Below are positions 53,812 to 64,000 of a stretch of DNA of 64,000 bases, in pieces (position 1 is the first letter of the stretch; the number at the start of each line of letters is the position of its first letter). The translations under genes and the position numbers were made by a program. The DNA comes from Octopus sinensis (Eukaryota): positions 1 to 64,000 of the forward strand of contig NW_021835975.1 of NCBI RefSeq assembly GCF_006345805.1. Reading direction: 5' to 3'. Under the pieces are notes generated by a model. The model did no database searches. It saw only the letters and a list, made by a program, of their open reading frames with translations, and was not told where the DNA came from.

Positions 53812-54205
53812 AAACTTAGATAAACTTAGATATGTTTCGACCAAAGATTGGTCCAGGCCATGTCTAACTTAATAGCACCACATGATAGGATAATCTAAAT
53901 CCAGTTTAAGTCAAGTTTTGTTTATGGTCCATTCAAGTAGTGAGTTTTTGTTGGGTGAGTTGTATCCAATTATAGGTGGCTTATCTGGTATTCCTTGAAG
54001 GAATCTATCCAGACTCCGTTTAAAGTTGATGGGATCCTTTTCCTCTTTGATCTCCCTCGAGACAATGTTAAATAGGGCAGGGCTTGTTGAGGAAAAGAAA
54101 TTATGTTGCAGTGTACATGTATGCTGTGATCTTGAATTGGGCAGGGGACGTATGACCCATGGTCCCAGTCTTGGATGAACCTTGAAGCTAATGTTAAGGT
54201 CGTTT
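53812..54205 (-). mobile_element. CR1/L2-group LINE 3' end (second family)
   Basis: FKRSLDRFLQGIPDKPPIIGYNSPNKNSLLEW*, 3' hairpin and (ATCTAAGTTT)2 tail. Confidence 0.75.
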
Positions 54206-54298
54206 GGGCATGTATGTATATATATATATATATATATAATATATATATATATATGTATGTGTATGTATGTATATATATATATATATATATATATTTAC

Positions 54299-54338
<40 letters not shown>

Positions 54339-55131
54339 GTATGTATAACAGCTGGCCGCATATCATCAAGTGACAGCTAAATTGTAATATTTTATGTATA
54401 AAATATTACGCAGGAGTGGCTGTGTGGTAAGTAGCTTGTTACCAACCACATGGTTCCGGGTTCAGTCCCACTGCGTGGCACCTTGGTCAAGTGTATTCTA
54501 CTATAGCCTCAGGCCGACCAAAGCCTTGTAAGTGGATTTGGTTGACGGAAACTGAAAGAAGCCCATCGTATATATGTATATATATATATATATGCGTGTG
54601 TATTTGTGTTTCTGTGTTTGACCCCCTAGCATTGCTTGACAACCGATGCTGGTGTGTTTATGTCCCCGTTACTTAGCGGTTCGGCAAAAGAGACTGGTAG
54701 AATAAGTACTGGGCTTACAAAAGAATAAGTCCTGGGGTTGATTTGCTTGACTAAAGGCGGTGCTCCAGCATGGCCGCAGTCAAATGACTGAAACAAGTAA
54801 AAGAGTAAAGAGTAAAGAGTATGCTTTTCCATCCTATGATTACCCTATGTATCAGATAGTTTTATATAAATGAATTATAAATAAATAAGTAAAAAACATT
54901 TATAATTACTAATTAATAATTATAAATTATCATATAAGGATAAATAATAGCATTTTCTTAAATCTATAATAAAACCCATAATTTCATAAAAGTTTTGTTA
55001 ATAATATAATTTTTGTCCAATAACTTGATCTTTACTTCACCTGACATTAAACACGAGTCATTGATAGATATTCTCATGATAAGTAAATATAAATTTGGGT
55101 CTAAAAATTATAGAATTATAAAAAAATTTCA

Positions 55132-55537
55132 GATCTTTTCGGTTTGAACGGCAGTTTTTTCTAGCGGTGTCATATGAAATTGTCACCCATAATTATGACC
55201 CTAGTATCGATCTATTGCATTTCAATCTGTTTTAGGGTTTAGGGTTAGAGTATCGTTTTTTTCTTCACAAATATAAATAAACCCAAACTGTTTCTTAAAC
55301 GAGGGTCATATTCATATGGCACAGAATGTTTTCACCTCAATAGACCTCATTGATTGGTTGAAATTGCAGAAATTGAAGAAAAAAAAACAACAAATATCTT
55401 ACAAACTATAGAATTTTCTCAATAAAGCCAAGAGAAAAAGATGTTTTATAAACACATTCTACCAGTATACGAAGTTTAAAAGTGTTTAGTTACGTGGAAA
55501 TTATTCTTAAAAACTGCTGTTCAAACCGAAAAGATCC
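55132..55537. mobile_element. MITE (GGATCTTTTCGG family), complete
   Basis: Both TIRs present; right end followed by TTA. Confidence 0.85.
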
Positions 55538-56158
55538 TTATTTTTATAATTTGTATGTATCTATTTTATTATAAATGCAAAACAACACTCCCAGATGTAA
55601 GCTGAATAAAGCACGGTAGATGAACCGTGATATGGCGAGGTGTTACTGTATATATATTAATACAGAGAGAGAGAATGTGGGGGAAAATGAAGTATGGTGT
55701 GAAAAATAGAATGAGAGAAGAAATAAAATTAAGAAAACGATGCTCCTTGTTCCTCCCTGATTACAGAAAGCTCGTTAAATAGAATTGCTTAAGAACGAAA
55801 TAACAAGAAAATACATGATGGTGTGCAAGTCAGCAACTAAATGTGGAGCAGGTGGTGACCTACAATTCGATAAAAGAAACCCGGTTGTGTGTCTACACCA
55901 GCTAAAAATTACAGATCTCGAAATGCTGGATTGAAATTCGGGGGGAGGGGGACATATTTATTACAATTGTTTATTGGTGAAGTTATGAAGCGTTGGGGGT
56001 GACTTTAGGGGTCAACGTAATCAGTAAGAGGAAGGGAAAAATGTGAAGAATGAAAGGAAGTAGTGGTCGAGAAGGGAAGAATATATGTGATTTCACACTG
56101 TGTGTAAGGATCCTGGCTGGCTTACTCATGCATTACACACTACAACACCCAGGTAACT

Positions 56159-56854
56159 TTAACCCTTTCGTCACTAACCCGGCTGAAACCGGCTCTGGCT
56201 CTTGAGTACAAATGTCTTTGTTTTCATATGTTTTGAATTAAAATCTTCCACTAAACCTTAGTCACAATTTATGTTCCTAACACTAGCTTAAGGATAAGAA
56301 AGTTATTTTACTAAATTCTTTGTTATATTTAAAGTAATTGAAAGAAACACAGAACATCTCAACAGAAATATGGTAACAAAAGGGTTAAAGTCACCATGAT
56401 ATTTTTAACCCTTTTGATACCAACTTGGCTGAAAGCATCTCTGGCTTTGTTGTAAAAATAAGTCCTGAATTAAAATCTTCCACTAAACCTTAGTCACAAT
56501 TTATGTTCCTAACACTAGCTGAATGATAACTAAGTTATTTTACTAAATTCTTTGTTATATTTAAAATTAATTGAACAAAACACAGAACATCTCAACAGAA
56601 ATATGGTAACAAAAGGGTTAAAGTCACCATGATATTTTTAACCCTTCTGATACCAACTTGGCTGAAAGCATCTCTGGCTTTGTTGTAAAAATAAGTCCTG
56701 AATTAAAATCTTCCACTAAACCTTAGTCACAATTTATGTTCCTAACACTAGCTGAATGATAACTAAGTTATTTTACTAAATTCTTTGTTATATTTAAAAT
56801 TAATTGAACAAAACACAGAACATCTCAACAGAAATATGGTAACAAAAGGGTTAA
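56159..56854. mobile_element. Three tandem piggyBac-type MITEs
   Basis: TTAA|CCCTT...AAGGG|TTAA at 56163-56384, 56409-56617, 56642-56850; 233-bp period. Confidence 0.85.
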
Positions 56855-57299
56855 ACAGTCACACACATTCATAATGCAAAATACACACCCACATACATAC
56901 ATTACAATATACACACACACACAGGTATTTAGATAAACCAGTGCACACACACACACATACATAAGCACGACAGTATAATTACACACGGAGACATTTAAAC
57001 TAAAGCTATGCACATATACATCATCATCATCATCTTCATCATCGTTTAATATCCGTTTTCCGTGCTAGCACGGGTTGGACGGTTCGACCGGGGTCTGGGA
57101 AGCCAGGAGGCTGCACCAGGCTCTGGTCTGATCTGGCAGTGTTTATACAGTTGGATGCCCTTCCTAACGCCAACCACTCCATGGGTGTAGTGGGTGCTTT
57201 TTACGTACCACCAACACGGAAGCCAGTCAACGGCCACGTACGGATGGTGCATTTTAGGTGCCAGGGGAGGCTGGCAATGGTCACGATCGGTTGGTGCTT

Positions 57300-58190
57300 T
57301 TTCTATAGTTTGTAAGATATTTGGGTTTTTTTTTCAATTTCTGCAATTTCAACCAATCAATGACGTCTATTGAGGTAAAAGCATTCTGTGCCATATGAAT
57401 ATGTCCCTCGTTTAAGAAACAGATTGGGTTTATTTATATTTGTGAAGAAAAAAAGATACCCTTCCCCCTAACCTAAATCAGATTGAAATGCAATAGATCG
57501 ATACTAGGGTCATAATTATGGGTGACAATTTCATATGACACCGCTAGAAAAAACTGCCATTCAAACCAAAAAGATCCCCTAACCCTAACCCAGATTGAAA
57601 TGCAATAGATCGATTCTAAGGTCATAATTATGGATGACATAATTAGCGGTGTCATATGTAATTGTCACCCATAATTATGACCCTAGAATCGATCTATTGC
57701 ATTTCAATCTGTTTTAGGGTTAGGGTTAGGGGATCTTTTTGGTTTGAATGGCAGTTTTTTCTAGCGGTGTCATATGAAATTGTCACCCATAATTATGACC
57801 CTAGTATCGATCTATTGCATTTCAATCTGTTTTAGGGTTACAGTTAGGGTTAGGGTTAGGGGTAGGGGGAAGAGTATCTTTTTTTTCTTCACAAATGTAA
57901 ATAAACCGAATCTGTTTCTTAAACGAGGCACATATTCATACGGCACAGAATGTTTTTTTACCTCAATAGACGTCATTGATTGGTTGAAATTGCTGAAATT
58001 GAAGAAGAAAAAAACAACAAATATCTTACAAACCATAGAATTTTCTCAATAAAGCCAAGAGAAAAAAAATGTTTTATAAACACATTCTGCCAGTATACGA
58101 AGTTTAAAAGTGTCTAGTTACGTAGAAATTATGTTAAAACTGCCGTTCAAACCGAAAAGATCCCTAACTAACCCTAACCCTACATGTGGA
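57300..58190. mobile_element. Head-to-head MITE cluster forming a large imperfect palindrome
   Basis: Partial copy 57300-57577, hairpin 57590-57720, full copy 57730-58164, with TTAGGG/CCCTAA hexamers at junctions. Confidence 0.8.
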
Positions 58191-58244
58191 CGTAGGCGCG
58201 ATCGATGCCCGCCTTTGCCCGCCTTTGCCCGCCTTCGCCCGCAG

Positions 58245-58605
58245 AGGAGGAGGAGGAGGAGGAGAAGACGGTGAAGGAGAAGAAGGAGAAGAGGGGGAAG
58301 AAGAAGGAGGAGGAGAACCAGAACGAGAGGGTATGAAGGAGGAGGAGGAGGAGGAGGAGGGGAAGAAGAAGGTGAAGGAGAAGAAGGAGGAGGAGGAGGA
58401 GAAGAAGAAGGAGGAGGAAGAGGAGAAGGAGAAGAAGAAGAAAAGAAGAAGGAGGAGGAGAAGAAGAACGAGCAGGAGGGGGAGGAGGAGAAGAAGAAGA
58501 AGAAGGAGAAGGAGGAGAAGAAGAAGAAGGAGGAGGGGGAGGAGAAGAAGAAGAAGGAGAAGAAGAAGAAGAAGAAGAAGAAGAAGGGGAGGAAGAAGAA
58601 GACAA
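58245..58605. repeat. (GAA/GGA)n purine triplet repeat
   Basis: Direct reading. Confidence 0.95.
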
Positions 58606-59612
58606 AACCCTCATTATTAGTGCCCCCTCTTTCATGAACTAGCTCCCTTATCTTCCCCGTCATTCCATCTTACCACTCCCCACAACCCTATTGACCCCCC
58701 ACTACTTGCTCTCCACATTTAATCATTCTACTTTTGAACCTCATTGTACTGTGGTCCGAAATGTAAGATATTTCCTACCCTGATAATGGAGGATCGTCTC
58801 ATCCACTGTTGATTGCGTCCTTTACAGTCTGCATATTGTGACATCTACTAGCATCATGATGGACCTCGAAGCCCCTAAAGACAGCTGCTGGACTTACAAC
58901 ACCTTATTTCCTCTCCTTTAATTTTCTCTGCCTTTGTATTCTGTGTAAACTGGATCTCTATATTAATATATATTTCTTTACTACCCACAAAGGGCTAAAC
59001 ATAGTGGGGACAAACAAAGGGATTAAGTCGATTATATCGACCCAGTACGAAACTGCTACTTTATTATCGACCCCAAGAGGATGAAAGGCAAAGTCGACCT
59101 CGGCAGAATTTGAACTCAGAACGCAATGACAGACAAAATACCGCAAAGCATTTCGCCCAGCGTGCTAACGTTTCTTATTTCTTTACTACCCACAAAGGGT
59201 TAAACATTGAGGGGACAAACAAGGACAGACAAACAGATTAAGTCACTTATATCGACCCATTACGAAATTGGTACTTCATTATCGATCCCGAGAGGATGAA
59301 AGGTAAAGTCGACTTCGGCGGAATTTGAACTCAGAACGTAGCGACAGACGGAATCTCTGGATTAATATATCTGAACTTTAATATTCAGCACCTGAAAGCC
59401 TTTACTCTTTATTTTCTCTCATGTATACATGTATACATATATATACATATATACACGTATACATATTTTGTATTATTCTATCCAACCTGTTTCACATAGT
59501 TGTTGCGCTCTCTCTTTCTTTCTGCCTCCCACTCCGTCTCTCTCTCACAATCAACAAATGCTACCTACTACATAAACAGGTAATTCACAATATTTACAAC
59601 ACTCAAAAGGCA

Positions 59613-60530
59613 ATGAGAACCTGCAGGCGAAAATATTTTGTATTTCTCTTTTTCGTAACAATAATCGCATTCATTTATTACTTCTATTTTTGTAAATTCA
59701 AACAAAATGTTGTCATAGGGATACAGCAACCTGTTTCCTACACAAGCTATTCGTCTCTACTAGTTCCGGGTAAACAATCAGGTAATGATCGAATGAAAGC
59801 TCAACTAAGATATACCTTATCGGCAAAGAAAAGACGGGGAAATGATGAACGGAATGTGTCCCCAAATCAGTCAGATGCTGATGAAAATGTCAAGTCAAAA
59901 CCGATTCGACGAAAGTTTAAAACATTATTAATACACAATTTAAAGTATCTGCGACCATTGAAAGAAAATCAAGGGACTTTCTTGGCACAGAACTGCCCAG
60001 TCAATGAATGCCTGGTTACATATGACAAAACAAAGCGTGACAGCGTGGATGCTATTTTCTTTTATGAGACAGTAGGAATATCCGAGAAACCAAAGAACTC
60101 AAATCAGATATGGATATACATGACAGGAGTCTCCTAATTTCAACCCGTCAGTTAGACACTTGGGGAACAGAATCAATTGGACGATCACATATCGTCAGGA
60201 CAGTACGATTGCATATCCCTTCCAGAAATATGAATATTTTATCGATTCAGTAAGGCAGAGAAAACAATACTTAAATTATGCCAAGGGAAAAACAAAGAAG
60301 GTTGCTTGGTTCACTTCCAATTGCTGTCCTAGCAATGATCGAAGGGGCTATGCTGAGGAACTTGGAAAATATATCCAGGTGGATATTTATGGTGTTTGTG
60401 GTGCAAAAACCTGTACAAAAAATTCGATATGTTTCGAAATGTTAGAAAAAGAATATAAATTTTACTTGGCATTTGAAAATTCCAACTGTAGAGATTATAT
60501 TACTGAGAAACTCTTGCGCAACGCTTTGCA
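59613..60530 (+). CDS. Alpha-1,3-fucosyltransferase (GT10 family), first coding exon, frameshifted near 60126; gene continues beyond window
   Basis: Type II TM MRTCRRKYFVFLFFVTIIAFIYYFYF; CPVNECLVTYD; QESP; NWTITYRQDSTI; KKVAWFTSNC; VDIYGVCG; YKFYLAFENSNCRDYITEKL; donor CA|GTAAGT at 60531; possible acceptor at 59578-59579. Confidence 0.9.
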
Positions 60531-60764
60531 GTAAGTACTTGGATTTTAAATCTGTATAAGTTTCTTTGTATTTGAATTAATGAGATTAAGTTGTGTTGTG
60601 ACCCCCTTCGGTCATGAATGACCGTGGGGTTGCTCCTAGAAAGTTACCCTCCGAGGCACAAGTCCAAGCAAGGTTGTTTATGGAAGACCAGCTGTCACCC
60701 ATGCATACCGGCCTCCCCTCTCCACACCCTTATATGTACATAGGGTAAAGGGTAAAGACCCCCT

Positions 60765-61262
60765 TCAGTCATAGCTGACCATGGGATTGTACCTAGAGAG
60801 TTACCCTCTGAGGCACAAGTCTGGGCAAGGTTGTTTATGGAAGACCAGCAGTCGCCCATGCATACCAGGCTCCCCTCTCCACGCCAACGATGTTACCCAA
60901 GGGAAAGGCAAAGGGGCCGATACAGCTTGGCACCAGTGACGTCGCAGCTCATTTATTAACGTTCAAGTGGCTGAGCACTCTACAGACATGTGTACCCTTA
61001 ATGTAGTTCTCGGGGAGATTCAGCGTGACACAGAGTGTGACAAGGCTAGCCCTTTGAAATACAGGCACAACAGAAACAGGAAGAAAGAGTGAGAGAAAGT
61101 TGTGGTGAGAGTACAGCAGGGTTCACCACTACACCCCGTCGGAGCCTCATGGAGCTTTAAATGTTTTTGCTCAATAAACACTCACAATGCCTGGTTTGGG
61201 AATCAAAACCACAATCCTACGACCGCGAGTCTGCTTCCCTAACCACTGGGCCATTGCGCCGC
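60765..61262 (-). mobile_element. SINE family A, near full length; tail partly duplicated at ~60600-60730
   Basis: Head GGCGCAATGGCCCAGTGGTTAGGGAAGCAGACTCGCGGTCG...TTGATTCCC on minus strand. Confidence 0.8.
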
Positions 61263-61499
61263 CACTGAGATTAAGCAGGGCTTTTAAAAATGGCTTTCAG
61301 CTTTGCAAAATTCCCTGGAGTGATTTTTAATATTTATGAATCACCAGCAATGATATGTTTGTATTTTGCATGTTTTAACATGTATGTACAAAAATGAAGG
61401 TAGCATTTTTATTCTAGGATATATTTCAATTTGTATGGAACTGTCCTTAATTAAATTTACAGAGAGAGAGAGAGAGGAGAAAGGGAGATAGATCGTCAG

Positions 61500-62860
61500 G
61501 CATTTGCCATATTCTGAACGCCTTACTTCCTTGGGCATGGACACATTAAAACTCCGACGTCTGGCAGCTGACTTGGCAGACACCCATAAAATTATCAACC
61601 ATCTTAGAAGCAATAGCTTTTCAAACTCCACCCGTCTAACACCCGTGGACATATTTACAAAGTCAGAAAACAGCACAGCTCCTTCCATGACTTTAGGAAA
61701 CAATTTTTCACGCTTAGAGTTGCTGAAGCATGGAACAAACTGCCGGCATCAGTTGTTAGTTGTCAGAGCACTGCATCCTTCAAAACTTCCCTGCTTCCTG
61801 AGAGATTCGCCAACACTACACCTGATTTTCTCCCCTCTATACACACGCTGAAGCATGGAACAAACTGCCGGCATCAGTTGTTAGTTGTCGGAGCACTCCA
61901 TCCTTCAAAACTTCCATGCTTTCTGAGATTCGCCAACACTACACCTGATTTTCTCTTCCCCTCCATACACACGCTGAAGCATGGAACAAACTGCCGGCAT
62001 CAGTTGTTAGTTGTCGGAGCACTGCATCCTTCAAAACTTCCATGCTTCCTGAGATTCGGCAACACTACACCTGATTTTCTTCCCTCCATACACACGCTGA
62101 AGCATGGAACAAACTGCCGGCATCAGTTGTTAGTTGTCGGAGCACTGCATCCTTCAAAACTTCCATGCTTCCTGAGAGATTCGCCAACACTACACCTGAT
62201 TTTCTCCCCTCAATACACACGCTGAAGCATGGAACAAACAGCCGGCATCAGTTGTTACTTGTCGGAGCACTGCATCCTTCAAAACTTCCATGCTTCCTGA
62301 GATTCGCCAACACTACACCGGATTTTCTCCCCTCCATACACACGCTGAAGCATGGAACACACTGCCGGCATCAGTTGTTAGTTGTCGGAGCACTGCATCC
62401 TTCAAAACTTCCATGCTTCCTGAGAGATTCGCCAACACTACACCTGATTTTCTCCCCTCCATACACACGCTGAAGCATGGAACAAACTGCCGGCATCAGT
62501 TGTTAGTCGTCGGAGCACTGCATCCTTCAAAACTTCCATGCTTTCTGAGATTCGCCAACACTACACCTGATTTTCTCTTCCCCTCCATACACACGCTGAA
62601 GCATGGAACAAACTGCCGGCATCAGTTGTTAGTTGTCGGAGCACTGCATCCTTCAAAACTCCCATGCTTCCTGAGATTCGCCAACACTACACCTGATTTT
62701 CTCCCCTCCATACACACAAGCAAGCATGTATCTGACTCATACACTGTTCACTTCCCAGACATTTCTACATTACTGCATATACTTTATGCGCACTTTCTGA
62801 CAAGTTGTGGTGCACCTGAGCACTGTATACAATAATTTCATCATTATTATTATTATTATG
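61500..62860 (+). mobile_element. CR1 LINE 3' end with 8 tandem copies of a ~124-bp segment
   Basis: PYSERLTSLGMDTLKLRRL, then AWNKLPASVVSCRSTASFKTSML; unit starts 61722, 61847, 61973, 62096, 62221, 62344, 62469, 62595; (ATT)n tail. Confidence 0.9.
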
Positions 62861-63340
62861 AGAGACAAAGAAAGAGAGAGGGAGAGAAATTTAACTGGTT
62901 AAACGTGAAAGAGGGAAGAAATGTAACTGTTTAAATGAGGCGTCCTGTGGATTGACCTAGACAGGTCGAGATCAATGGCCTTGTATTTATTCTTTTAAAT
63001 GTTTCGACGTACGATATAACCCCTTGCAAATCACTCTACTCAACATACCGGTAATAAACCCTTAACAATAAGCAACTCCTTGGTTTTATTCTGCCCCGGA
63101 TGGCTCTCCCCTGAACACCCCCCATCCTTTTGAGATTGGCTTTGTCTTTGTCCTTTTTTTTTGTAATTTATTCTTTAATTTGGATCTTTTCGGTTTGAAC
63201 GGCAGCTTTTTTCTAGCGGTGTCAAATGAAATTGTCACCCATAATTATGACCGCTAAGTTACGGGGACATAAACACACCAGCATCGGTTGTCAAGCGATG
63301 TCGGGGGACAAACACAGACACACAAACATACACACACACA

Positions 63341-63344
<4 letters not shown>

Positions 63345-63384
<40 letters not shown>

Positions 63385-63387
63385 TAT

Positions 63388-63427
<40 letters not shown>

Positions 63428-63542
63428 TATATATATATTAAGTATATACATATATATATAATATATATATATTATATATATATAAGTATATACATATATA
63501 TATAATATATATATATATATTATATATATATATAATATATAT

Positions 63543-63599
<57 letters not shown>

Positions 63600-63654
63600 A
63601 GTATATACATATCTATATAATATATATTATATATATATATATATATACATAATA

Positions 63655-63710
<56 letters not shown>
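63345..63710. repeat. (TA)n tract
   Basis: Direct reading. Confidence 0.95.
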
Positions 63711-63712
<2 letters not shown>

Positions 63713-63820
63713 TGGCCTGCTCGCTTAGCCAGCGGGTTGGCGTCATTTGAAGGCTAAAACAATGCGAAGCGCATTGCGACCAGCAATGTGTAACAACATA
63801 TGATAGCCTGGTCGGTCACG

Positions 63821-63871
<51 letters not shown>

Positions 63872-64000
63872 GTATTTTTATATAATTTTCATCTGTCTTG
63901 CCCGCATTTTCGTTCTGGTGTCCGCTGAATTTTCCTCTAGAGAACATTCTTTTCTTTGTAGTTTGATCGTTGGTGATCTACTTCTAGCATACGGTCGACC

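Noticed and set aside
53828-53860. Minus-strand GACCAA-tct-TTGGTC-GAAA-CATATC as a hammerhead
   Set aside because: Core reduced to CTG; better explained as the LINE 3' stem-loop before its tail repeats.
57575-58180. True telomere or chromosome fusion site
   Set aside because: Only 2-4 hexamers at a time, and they are part of a dispersed MITE.
58118-58663. Acidic/basic or Pro-rich protein ORFs
   Set aside because: Purine triplet repeat with no splice or domain support.

Overview
Eukaryotic, AT-rich, repeat-dominated genomic DNA. The SINE/LINE/MITE repertoire looks like octopus (coleoid cephalopod); this is my recognition, not a database result. Layout: (1) 1-8.2 kb: SINE, TA-flanked modules with hammerhead-like motifs, RTE and CR1/L2 LINE relics, AT-rich minisatellites. 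(2) 8.2-27.2 kb: ~19 kb satellite of a 92-bp dimeric unit. (3) 27.2-35.3 kb: four copies of a TE-composite macro-repeat. (4) 35.3-35.9 kb: a short inverted copy of the satellite ending in a tip that matches the left end, so 8.2-35.9 kb may be one ~27.7-kb foldback-like unit. (5) 36-64 kb: nested TEs (R4/Dong-like, RTE, Tx1-like, CR1, pogo/Tc2, piggyBac- and Harbinger-type MITEs, three SINE families) around two divergent host genes. One is a two-exon retinol-dehydrogenase-like SDR (minus strand) with an in-frame TAA and an AT instead of GT donor. The other is the first coding exon of an alpha-1,3-fucosyltransferase (GT10, plus strand) with a frameshift. Four minimal type I hammerhead ribozyme motifs were found by eye; the best is at 53561-53644. 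Most ORFs in the supplied track are repeat artefacts. All alignments and folds were done by eye, and TE boundaries are approximate.
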